A DNA stretch of 61,575 bases, filler included, from Nemertoderma westbladi (taxonomy: Eukaryota; Animalia; Xenacoelomorpha): assembly GCA_032718475.1 (NCBI GenBank). It is 3 parts of 3 records of this genome, joined end to end, with 100 filler letters (N's around TTAATTAATTAA, not from the genome) between each part and the next. Parts side by side here need not be neighbours in the genome. Positions count along the whole stretch, not along the records: positions 17,402 to 45,849 come from JAUCBJ010007450.1; 2 more parts are not named here. The stretch is one strand, 5' to 3'. Below the pieces are notes generated by a model, which saw only the letters and a program-made list of their open reading frames with translations, was not told the DNA's origin and made no database searches. Position 1 is the stretch's first letter. The number at the start of each line of letters is the position of its first letter. Both the position numbers and the translations under genes were made by a program. Shown piece after piece: positions 35,770 to 45,949 of this stretch.

Positions 35770-37101
35770 CTATTTATATAATAAAGTTTCTACCGCTCGA
35801 AGATTCACACAATGTTTATTCTTCTTTATTTGAGGTTGCCCATTAGTCTCGATTTCATTGAAAATGTCTTCACCATCATCCGTATCATTGACGATGTCCT
35901 CTTCAAAGTCGCTGATATCTTCATACTCATAGCTAGGTGTTTTATTCACGATGAGATCAATTTTTCGCTTAAGCGCTTGTTCTTTCATGGCTTTAGGTGT
36001 TTTCATCTTCATCTGAGCGCTCACACCCCCAACGAGGGTATAAATATCCTTATAATCATTCTTTTTTTCAGTGCTGTCTACCTGTTCATTTTCTGGAATC
36101 GCGGGCAACCAGATTTTTTTCTCATCCATTTTCTTAGCAGGGACTTTTACTGCTTCGGACGTCTTCAGCTGAGTAGCATTGTTCGGCATTTCCACTTTCA
36201 TTAGTTCCTCGTCCGTTAATTCATCAATCGCAGCCTCAACAACTAACTTTTTAATCGGTAGAAACTCACACCCAGACGGAATATCGTGGTCCGCGTACTT
36301 CTGTAATTGCTTAATTATCTCGACATTTGCGTTGTTTCGAGGGATGAAAATAACCTTGGTGTCGAAGTTGTGGGACAAATATATCCCGTTTTTGTTAACG
36401 GTTGATGTGTACCTCATACTAACCTCATCGATATTCTCGTTAACATTCTTATCTATGTTAAAGTCGAGCAAACAGAATTCATCCGCTCTGAGATTCAACC
36501 CATCGTAATATATAACACCCTTTCGCTGTCTACCTATATCATCCGCTTCCCAAACGCCGACAAATCGTTGCCCTTCAAAGTCGTAGATATATCCAATGTA
36601 CCCACAATCTTCGAACTCCATAAAATTCTCATCATGAATTTCCTTCTTTTTTGGTTCAATACGGGAAAGAACGACTTTGCCGTAGAAGCTTTGTAAGTAA
36701 TCTAGAATTTTTCGCGAGATAAAAATTGATGCGCCGTTTTTCCCAATGCGTAAGTACGCATGATTTATCGGTGTTATAAGCAAATTGCCTCGGGTGTATT
36801 CCTTGTAATATTCAATGGCTATTTTATTATAATTGAGGAAGTCAAACAGGAATCTTATGTTCTGGTAAGTAAGACTTACCGATTCTTGTACGACGTTGCG
36901 TCCTTTGGTATCACCCCAACGGTTGAATCGAACGTATTTCCCGTTAAATGCTTTTATTTCTATTCCTTCCCCCAAACACTCGAGGCCCCACACACTCTTA
37001 CCTGTAATCACCGATACGTATGGGGCGGGCACACTATCAGTAGAGCTACCGCTTAATGACATCATTTTTGGTTGTGATGGTTTCACAGATTCCATCAACA
37101 A
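35770..37101 (-). CDS. Hypothetical protein with two putative PC4-like ssDNA-binding modules and an acidic tail
   Basis: Long intact ORF (first ATG at ~37095). IKAFNGKYVRFNRW...SVSLT and IYDFEGQRFVGVWE...DGLNLRADEF resemble the PC4 F-x-G-x-x-Y/F-V...G-I-x-L pattern. Confidence 0.6.
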   Translation of the reverse strand: MLMESVKPSQPKMMSLSGSSTDSVPAPYVSVITGKSVWGLECLGEGIEIKAFNGKYVRFNRWGDTKGRNVVQESVSLTYQNIRFLFDFLNYNKIAIEYYKEYTRGNLLITPINHAYLRIGKNGASIFISRKILDYLQSFYGKVVLSRIEPKKKEIHDENFMEFEDCGYIGYIYDFEGQRFVGVWEADDIGRQRKGVIYYDGLNLRADEFCLLDFNIDKNVNENIDEVSMRYTSTVNKNGIYLSHNFDTKVIFIPRNNANVEIIKQLQKYADHDIPSGCEFLPIKKLVVEAAIDELTDEELMKVEMPNNATQLKTSEAVKVPAKKMDEKKIWLPAIPENEQVDSTEKKNDYKDIYTLVGGVSAQMKMKTPKAMKEQALKRKIDLIVNKTPSYEYEDISDFEEDIVNDTDDGEDIFNEIETNGQPQIKKNKHCVNLRAVETLLYK

Positions 37102-37324
37102 ATTTTGCGAAATATTAATAATTAAGTGTAAAAATACAATAATATCGCGCTATACAATGTGCGAAAAATATGATAATGAATGAATTAACCAGAATGACAA
37201 AATAAAGTATTTTACGACGTATTTTATAATATAATGATGGGCTATCGGGAAAACGGGTATATTTTAACCATTCAACCGGATTAATCGCTATTGTCGTGAG
37301 AGAATTTTTTTGAAAAACTTCCTA

Positions 37325-37660
37325 TAAATTTCTAGGGAAATATTTATTTACGCTTAAATTGGTTGACGTAAGTGGTGACAGCTTTGCGGCGACGATTAAT
37401 GCGGCCGATAGAAATTTCTATAGACACACCCCAGAATTTCTACAGAATATTACTCACGGTTAAATTGATTGACGTCAACTGTATTAACTGTGTAGCTTCT
37501 TAGAAGTTTCATAATTTTAAGTTAAGCATGAGCGAATTTAATTTAATGTCGGGATCACAAACTTTCTCTCACGACAGATATTTTTCTGTAATCACATTTA
37601 CTAAAAACGAACGATTGTGGCGCGCGAGCGGCATTTTAAAGACACACATTATAAATATAC
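37325..37660. promoter_or_regulatory. Putative divergent promoter with duplicated CRE/ATF-like sites
   Basis: ttaaattggTTGACGTAA (~37362) and ttaaattgaTTGACGTCAA (~37469) in a short direct repeat; TATAAATA at ~37650. Confidence 0.35.
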
Positions 37661-37691
37661 CCATTGGTCAAAATATTATTGATTAAGCAAC

Positions 37692-38324
37692 ATGGCAATA
37701 CTGGGGCAGCTTGAGTCTATAGATAAGATCATTTTTTCAAATATATTATTCATTGTTACCTTTCTTTTAGGACTTTTTTTAGGTAAAATACGGCATAATA
37801 AAAAAATGTTTCCAATAATACAAGCTGAAAATAGTTACCGCGGTCCTAATTCAATTATTCCGATTAAAATTGAATTGTTAAGCCCGGCAGCTCGGGCACC
37901 CGTATGCGGTTCATATAGTCCAGCTGGGATTGACATATATAGCGCCGTGAATAGAACAATAGAGCCGCACTCACGGATGTTAATTGAGACGGGTGTTAAA
38001 ATATATTTACCCACCAATTATTTTGGAAGAATTACGCCGACTTTTAGCTTGGCAAAAATTGGCATTGATGTTGCAGAATGTGCGGTCGATTCCAGCGTCG
38101 CGCGCGGTAATATAGATCAACTTGTAATTATATTGATTAACAACACATCTAAGGAATACGTTGTAACATCCGGTGATAAAATATGTCAACTTATATGCCA
38201 ACAATGTAATGCGGCAATACTCTACGTTTCTAATATTTATTCGGATGATTATTTTGGGGTTTTACCGACGAATTTTTCCCCGTATGGGGAAGAGATTAAT
38301 TCGGCATTTTACCGCGCATATTAA
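37692..38324 (+). CDS. Divergent dUTPase-like protein with N-terminal hydrophobic helix
   Basis: AGIDIYS (motif 1), IETGV, FGRITP, GDKICQLI (motif 4). Motifs 2, 3 and 5 are degenerate. IIFSNILFIVTFLLGLFLG is followed by KIRHNKK. Confidence 0.85.
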   Translation: MAILGQLESIDKIIFSNILFIVTFLLGLFLGKIRHNKKMFPIIQAENSYRGPNSIIPIKIELLSPAARAPVCGSYSPAGIDIYSAVNRTIEPHSRMLIETGVKIYLPTNYFGRITPTFSLAKIGIDVAECAVDSSVARGNIDQLVIILINNTSKEYVVTSGDKICQLICQQCNAAILYVSNIYSDDYFGVLPTNFSPYGEEINSAFYRAY

Positions 38325-38618
38325 ATATGTGACATTAAACGCATAACACCAAACTCGGGTGGTGACACATGTCAATACTATTTCAATACTCTTACACGCG
38401 ATTACACAACATAGTTAATAGAGCATATAAATAGGATAATGTCAGTTCAGTAAATTTTGGTTGGTTAAACGCTTTCTAGTGTGGGTGGTAGGTTGACTGG
38501 GTATTGGATATATTTATCTACATAAAATCTGCCGCATCTCATTCATCGGCATATTGTAAATATGTTTTCTGTACCTACGTTAATAAATATATTATAATCG
38601 TAATAATAATAATTATAA

Positions 38619-39484
38619 TGATGGAGATTAATTGCGTTTTTTGCGGTTGTACTATACTTAAGAAAAATTATTTACGGCATTTACGCACACATTTCGATGG
38701 GTATGTTTGCGATAATTGTAATTGCCGAACTACTTCTGAAAGAATAGCAATATTTCACAGTAATAGATGTTGCGGGTTGTCTCGTCCGAATTACACCTAC
38801 TGCGGTTACACGCTATCCTGCCCCACATGCTCTGATGATTTTGAAAACTTCGATTCATATATCGAACATAGTTGCCATCAAAACCACTACAATTCCCGCA
38901 AACGCAAACATAACCAAAAACAATCAGAACCGACATTTCAACCGGATCTCAACGTTGGTTTGCCTGTAAGCATCACAAACAGCTCAGATACATCCAACGA
39001 AGGTTTTCATCTCTCAACAACATGCCACGAATCCCGCGTTCAGGAATATACCCATAATGTGTCATCTAATGAGATGTATCCAGTTGTACCGAATTATTTA
39101 AATTATATGGGGTTATATGCTTCACGTGCTTTTAACACGACGGCATCGGCTTTTATTGATATGTTTTATAAAGTGTGGTTAATTGCTTCGGTGATAATGG
39201 AACGCGACGATGCTAATTATACTTTACAAGAAGAATTCCATTTTACTTCGATCGGTACAGATAATTATATTGAAAATAGCCCAGATTTTGACGAATGGTA
39301 CTACACAGTCATTTCCCATATCGGTGAAAAAATATCGCAATTTATTAGGCGGGGTAGCGGCTGGAAACTTGTAACTCTATCGCGCATCAAACTTACTATT
39401 GCGTCATACTTGCGATCGGCATATCGTTTTGGACATAGCGGCGATGCCAACCAATCAATCCCAACGAAAGAAGGTAAAGAGTAA
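38619..39484 (+). pseudogene. C2H2 zinc-finger + GSGW region: probable N-terminus of a Maverick-type protein-primed PolB ORF, truncated
   Basis: CVFC..YLRHLRTH, CDNC..H..C, CPTC..H.C; ISQFIRRGSGWKLVTLSRIKLTIASY. The ORF runs into the 24-bp array and stops. Confidence 0.65.
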
Positions 39485-40917
39485 AATTAATTGGAAGGTA
39501 AAGAGTACAATTATTTGGAAGGTAAAGAGTAAAATTATTTGGAAGGTAAAGAGTAAAACTATTTAGAAAGGTAAAGAGTAAAATTATTTGAAAGAGTAAA
39601 ATTATTTGGAAGGTAAAGAGTAAAATTATTTGGAAGGTAAAGAGTAAAATTATTTAGAAGGTAAAAGAGTAATATTATTTGGAAGGTAAAGAGAAAATTA
39701 TTTGGAAGGTAAAAGTAAAATTATTTGGAAGGTAAAGGGTAAAATTATTTGGAAGGTAAAGAGTAAAATTATTTGGAAGGTAAAGAGTAAAATTAATTGA
39801 AAGGTAAAGAGTAAAATTATTTGGAAGGTAAAGAGTGAAATTATTTGGAAGGTAAAGAGAAAATTATTTGGAAGGTAAAGAGTAAAATTATTTGGAAGGT
39901 AAAGAGTAAAATATTTAGAAGGTAAAGAGTAATATTATTTGGAAGGTAAAGAGTAAAATTAATTGGAAGGTAAAGAGTAAAATTATTTGGAAGACAAAGG
40001 GTAAAATTAATTGGAAGGTAAAGAATAAAATTATTTGAAAGGTAAAGAGTACAATTATTTGGAAGGTAAAGAGTAAAATTATTTGGAAGGTAAAGAGTAA
40101 AATTATTTGGAAGGTAAAGAGTAAAATTATTTGGAAGGTAAAGAGTAAAATTATTTGGAAGGTAAAGAGTAAAATTATTTGGAAGAGTAAAATTATTTGG
40201 AAGGTAAAGAGTAAAATTATTTGGAAGGTAAAGAGTAAAATTATTTGGAAGGTAAAGAGTAAAATTATTTGGAATGAAAAGAGTAAAATTATTTGGAAGG
40301 TAAAGAGTGAAATTATTTGGAAGGTAAAGAGTAAAATTATTTGGAAGAGTAAAATTATTTGGAAGGTAAAGAGTAAAATTATTTGGAAGGTAAAGAGTAA
40401 AATTATTTGGAAGGTAAAGAGTAAAATTATTTGGAATGAAAAGAGTAAAATTATTTGGAAGGTAAAGAGTGAAATTAATTGAAAGGTAAAGAGTAAAATT
40501 ATTTGGAAGGTAAAGAGTAAAATTATTTGGAAGGAAAAGGGTAAAATTATTTGGAAGGTAAAGAGTAAAATTAATTGGAAGGTAAAGAGTAAAATCATTT
40601 GGAAGGTAAAGAGTAAAATAATTTGGAAGGTAAAGAGTAAAATTATTTGGAAGATAAAGAGTAAAATTATTTGGAAGGTAGGGTAGTTTGCTTTCATATC
40701 AGCAATATTTATACAGTGTAAGCGGATTCAATTCTCTGCACTACCCAGCGGAAAATGGGCGAATTGGCATTTTACCAATTATAGTTGGGAAGGTGACATT
40801 ACATTAAAATTATTTGGAAGGTAAAGAGTAAAATTATTTGGAAGGTAAAGAGTAAAATTATTTGGAAGGAAAAGGGTAAAATTATTTGGAAGGTAAAGAG
40901 TAAAATTAATTGGAAGG
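39469..40917 (+). repeat. 24-bp minisatellite (GGAAGGTAAAGAGTAAAATTATTT), ~55 copies with a ~120-bp interruption at 40681-40800
   Basis: Directly visible tandem array. Confidence 0.97.
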
Positions 40918-41502
40918 TACGGTGGTGATTTGCGGCCTTTTCCCTTTTACCTTAATTAAATAATTTTACTCTTTACCTTACAAATAATTTTACTCTTTCT
41001 TTACCTTTTTCAATAATTTTACTCTTTACCTTCCAGATAATTTTACTCTTTACCTTCCAAATAATTTTACTCTTTACCTTTTTCAATAATTTTACTCTTT
41101 ACCTTTTTCAATAATTTTACTCTTTACCTTTTTCAATAATTTTACTCTTTACCTTTTCCAATAATTTGACACTTTTCAACAAGCAGACTTGGCCTTAACT
41201 GTAATAAATTGAACCGTTAGGGGTTAAGTACTGGTATTCCTCTAGCCTATATTGTACTGTACCCTACCCGTTATTGAACGGAACTGAAACAGTGTTAAAT
41301 AAATATTTGAATTAGGCCTACTACATAGCTATCTATTACGAGCCGGTATAATGAAAATAGTGATAAAAAATCGCCACTTCAGAGGTAGGCCTAGGCTTAG
41401 GCCTAGACTGTAATTATAGGCCTGATGGTTAACCTACTGTAAATATAGGCCTTCTGGTTATGTAATTATAGGCCTGCTGTGTAGGCTGGACCTCGAGATA
41501 AA

Positions 41503-43821
41503 ATGGCCCATGGTGGTAATAATTCAGGAAAAAGCAGAAAAAAATTACTTGAAAGCTTGCGTCATAACATAAACGATCAGCTTGAGGATATCGCTACAAG
41601 TTCTACCAGTACAGGGAGTAGGCCTACTTCAGGTTTAGCAGCAGGTGCTGTTGTGAAGAAACGACGTCCTTATAGTGGGCGACTACGAAAGTTGTCAGAG
41701 TTTAATTTTGTAACATTTGTCTTCAAAATACAACCGGTCCGAAATGGGCGATTGAAATTAATTAGTAAGCCCCTCGGAGAGAGTACGGGTCTGCGAGTTC
41801 AGGTGTCAATGAATGCGCCAATTTCTCGTGTTGTAAGAGAAGTTACAGATATTGTATTTAGTGGCGATGATTCGGTTAATTTGCATCTTAAAAGTTTGAG
41901 GCATCCAAGTAAGAAAACTAATTACACCTGGTCTCTAGAAAATCTCCTTGGAGAAAATTTATCAAGCTTTGTTAGCCTACGCGATTATTGCGTTCAACAT
42001 TATGTACCATCTTGGAAGATTAAACCAATCTTAGTTGGAAGGATTTACCCATCGGAATTGTAAGAAAATTATGAGGAAGCTGCTGTAGAAGATAACGCTA
42101 TTGCCACTGTTTCCAGTACCGGTAGCGGTTCTATTGATTTATTGTGGGCTGAAAATGAAAGAGAAATAGGTCACTCCGAATCTGAAGATGAGGAATCAGT
42201 GTCACACATTATTGAGGCAGCTAATGATTTTGAATTGATGGATCAAGGTGTTTCGAGTGCTCGACGAAGTTCTCGCATTACCCAGAGGATCATTTGTGAA
42301 GTTTGCCATCATTCCCGTTTAGCAACGGAAGTTGATTGTTTCAACTGTCAGGTAATTTCTGATGTATTTGAGTCAGAGCAAGTTGATTTGATGAAGACTA
42401 CTCACTGTAATGATGATCTGTTATTGTCATCGGCCAATGATATAGAAGATGTTGAGGTTGATAGAGCTGAGGTTGCTTCCCTTCGGGCTGCTTATTTTGA
42501 ACAATTACCCTTGACTTCGACTAGTTCGACCACCAATATGAGTACCCTCCTTACTAGCCCTAGTGCGTTATGCAATGACTCACCCCAATTAAGGTCTCAG
42601 AATAGCATTGGTGAAGTTGATGTGTTTCTTGTTCATGAGACAGGTCAAATTGTTCCTTGCACCGAAACTAAAGATGTCATAGCTATTGCAAAGTCTTGCC
42701 ACTCAATTGGAGATGCACTTGAAGTTTTAAAATCGCCATTTAGCAGCAAGCAATTAACTCGCTTTGAAATTCCCCATTCCCAGCTTGTTGACTGTCTCTA
42801 TGAAATTATTGTAGAAGATGGAATTCAGAGTCCTTTTGTCAATGCGAAATTTATAGGAGAAGACGCTGTTGACACCGGCGGACCCATGAGGGAAATGTTT
42901 TCACTCATTTTTCTTCAAGATCGCGGTTAGCTATTTCGTGGTGCGTATCCGAATATGACATTTCGCCACAACCTGACCGAAAGCAAGAAATTTGAAATCT
43001 ATGGAAATATGACTGCTCTATCTTTAATTAATGGACTTCCTGGTCCTCATTGCTTAGCTAAATCAGTTGCATCTGCAACTGTTGGTGTTCAATTCAAAGC
43101 CTCGCTCGAAGAAATACCAGCTTGTGATGAAAAGGTTAAGATTATAGAAATATTTAATTCTGATGATACTGATTCGTTCAACAAAGCAATTACTAATTGC
43201 TTCGAACGTTTTGATATGGGATTTGTTAAAGCCAACGTTACTCATGACCAAAAGGATTTAGTAATTGAAACTCTAGCTAAGCATCTTGTGGTTAGTTGTG
43301 TTTCTGAGGAAATTTCGCACTTTAAGAGAGGACTTCAGTTGTTCGGAGTTTTGGACGTTTTGGAACACTTTCAAGAATTTAAATTTCTAACTGAAAGAAA
43401 AGTTTCTGCAGACGATGTCAAATCTGCATTTTTGCCAGTTTATACATCCCCTCATGGGTCAGCGGAACATGATATAGAATGTCAGCTCAAGTACAAGTTT
43501 GACAGATTTCTTGCTAAGATTGAGAAAAAAGATGACTCGTCAATTTCCTCTTACTCATCATTGGAAGTTGACATACCGCGTAATATGAGGGTCAATCTAG
43601 GCGATGTGTTGCAATTTGGAAGCGGAAGTAGATACCCTGATTTTAAAGGCGAATTGTGTTTCGAACATAGCGATGGTTCACAGAGGAGATTACGTTCCAG
43701 TACATGTTCATACACAATAACCTTTCCCATGAATGACCGATATGTTAAATCAACGTCAGAAGAGTTCTACCAGAGAGTTAGTGAGGACATTCTAAATACT
43801 ATTGGATTTGGACTACCTTGA
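41503..43821 (+). pseudogene. G2E3-like HECT E3 ubiquitin ligase cargo gene with two in-frame stops
   Basis: The three listed ORFs share one frame (TAA 42061, TAG 42928). Motifs: FIGEDAVDTGGPMREMF, SLINGLPGP, FKRGLQLFGV, LQFGSG, SSTCSYTITFP (catalytic-position Cys retained). Confidence 0.85.
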
Positions 43822-44049
43822 TTTACATTTACATTAGATAAAACTCATACTCATCATCTCTATAATGACTTCGAATTGTTACGAAAGTTATCTTTGATTT
43901 TAAATGTTAAAACTCATATTCATCGTCATGTTTATAATGACTACGAATTGTTACGAAAGTTATGTTTGATTTTAATTGTTAATGTTGTTTATCTGTGATA
44001 TGTTTCACAATGAAAACGTTTTGTATCTTATAGTTCCTCCTTTCATATC

Positions 44050-44600
44050 CATAAGGGGGGGGGGGGGGGGGGGGGGGGGGTTTGACTAATTAACCAAAAA
44101 TGTTCGTTCCCTTATTTAGGAGGCTTCGTTTTACCGATTATTAATAATAAATTTAAACAATTGAAAGAAAAAAGACAGACAGACATGTAGGTTTTTTTAA
44201 AAGTGAACTGTAAACTGACGTCCGAAATGAAATCAGCAACCAGGATACCCCCCATAACTAAACTTCTATCTAGTTGGAATGCTTTTTTTATATTTTGACA
44301 GACAGATAGACGGACAAACAGACAGACCGACAATCAGACATAACAGACTTCACTAAAAATTAAAACTGACTTCGGAAATGAAATCAGCGATCAAAAAAAC
44401 CACAACAAAGAAGTTTTAGCTAGGTGGTATGATGTCCTTATATTTTTTACAGACAGACAGACAGACCTAGATAAATAATAGTTTTTGTTAAAAGTGAAAA
44501 CTGACGTTTGGATGAAATCAGCGACCAGGAACACCCTCATAACCCAACCCAACTCAACCCTCCCACCCCCCCCCCCCTGGGGGGGGGGGGGGGGGGTAAC
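44050..44600. repeat. Non-coding interspersed repeat remnant with GACA microsatellites and three internal repeats
   Basis: aaactgac....gaaatgaaatcagc occurs three times, with cagacagac runs and flanking G/C homopolymers. Confidence 0.55.
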
Positions 44601-44830
44601 ATTTGATAATGAAAGCCTAGTTTTCAATGTGTTGACCTGTTGAGCCTTTAAGAAAACCGTATATTGTACCCCCACCAAATCGATGAGTACATACAGTAAA
44701 GTGTTGTCAGATAACTCAAACTGTTTTTTTTTACAATTAATAAAAACTAAAAAATTAAAATAGTTATTATTCATTGCTTAAATTCAATATAAACAAAACT
44801 TGTATTGCAAAATTATACATGATACTATTG

Positions 44831-45849
44831 TTAGTAGTCTTGTTCTAATCGATCAATAAGGTACACCAATGTATCAGCACAATCTGAGAGTGATTCACAC
44901 ATTTCAGGACGTTTAGTATCCGGTCCCGGTGAATCATTCAAGTAGTCAGTACCCAACTCACTGATGCTCGGGAGGCAGTGTGGCTTCTTCTTGGAGAAGT
45001 ACTTCATAAGATCAAGCTGATCAATGTGTTCCGGGTGTAGGAAATTCGGCTTATCCAAGAATAAGATATCTGGTTTACCAGCTTTCACTAACAAGCCAGA
45101 TTTCCGTAAATGATGAGAATTCCACATTTCTCTTATTGAATTCAGCAACCGTTGCAATAGATCCATATACACATACCGGATCAGTTCTATATGGATCCGA
45201 TTAGAAGTAGTGATGACACTATAACCATCCAACTGAGCGAAGTGTTCAATCCAATGTTGTAAGCCAAGTTTTGGAAATTGGCTCCACCACGCCTCAATCC
45301 TCTGATTTCGAGAACTTTTACTGTACATATAGGTTGTGTTATGTTCTGCCCGCGTGTCATCATCAAAAGCTCGCAAATACCGTTGAATAACTTCTATATT
45401 AACATTTTCCGTTCCACAGTCGGAACGAATCAAATGAGGAAGACCTCCAAAATTTTTCACAGCATCAATAAAATAATGTCCGATTACGAATGGATCATTG
45501 TTGGTAGAGCTGCACTGCAGCCACAGTAGTTTGCGGCTATAACCATCAATGCATCCGTGAAGGGCGAGTCCATAGTTTTTCAACTTATCCCACCCGTCCA
45601 CATGGTGAATATAGTTTGGTCCTAATGCGTAATAACTGCGACGTACTACTTTGTTCCCAATGCGATCGGCAACAAGTTGCGGATTTAACGTTTTTTGTAT
45701 GAGTGCTACTAATTCTTCACGTGCAAATAAACCATACTTTCGAAGTAGAATCCTCTTCATTTGGCGGTAACCACACGACGGCTCTCGAGAAATGGCGTTT
45801 ATGATCAGGTTAACATTGTCAACATCACACCTCTTCTTCAAATTTATGT
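44831..45849 (-). CDS. IS3EU-type integrase-core (rve-like) DDE transposase, N-terminus lost in the gap
   Basis: GYRQM, GPNYIHHVDGWDKLK, HGCIDGYSR, IRSDCGTEN, SSRNQRIEAWW, WNSHHLR. D-D-E residues intact and frame uninterrupted. Confidence 0.88.
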
Positions 45850-45949
45850 NNNNNNNNNNNNNNNNNNNNNNNNNNNNNNNNNNNNNNNNNNNNTTAATTA
45901 ATTAANNNNNNNNNNNNNNNNNNNNNNNNNNNNNNNNNNNNNNNNNNNN
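45850..45949. other. Assembly gap with artificial six-frame-stop linker
   Basis: N-run containing TTAATTAATTAA. Confidence 0.95.

Larger units (their letters stand above)
34449..39468. mobile_element. Probable Maverick/Polinton left arm, truncated
   Basis: Begins AGTAGT. Closely packed intronless ORFs, including a dUTPase homolog, a PC4-like ORF and a ZnF + GSGW region typical of the N-terminus of Maverick pPolB ORFs. No polymerase core, capsid or integrase in the window. Confidence 0.65.
40918..45849. mobile_element. IS3EU-like DNA transposon with HECT cargo gene; the other end lies beyond the gap
   Basis: Starts TACGG, followed by inverted 24-bp subterminal repeats (40945-41175), then convergent HECT-like and integrase-core ORFs. 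Confidence 0.7.

Noticed and set aside
39915-40697. 260-aa hydrophobic ORF (FQIILLFT)n
   Set aside because: Translation artefact of the 24-bp minisatellite
41503-43821. Stop-codon reassignment or readthrough suggested by two in-frame stops
   Set aside because: BicD, tubulin and other ORFs end normally at TAG/TAA; nonsense mutation in a TE copy is simpler
17346-45905. TTAATTAATTAA motifs inside both N-runs
   Set aside because: Artificial linker; biological adjacency across these gaps, including IS3EU next to the 48-bp satellite, cannot be assumed
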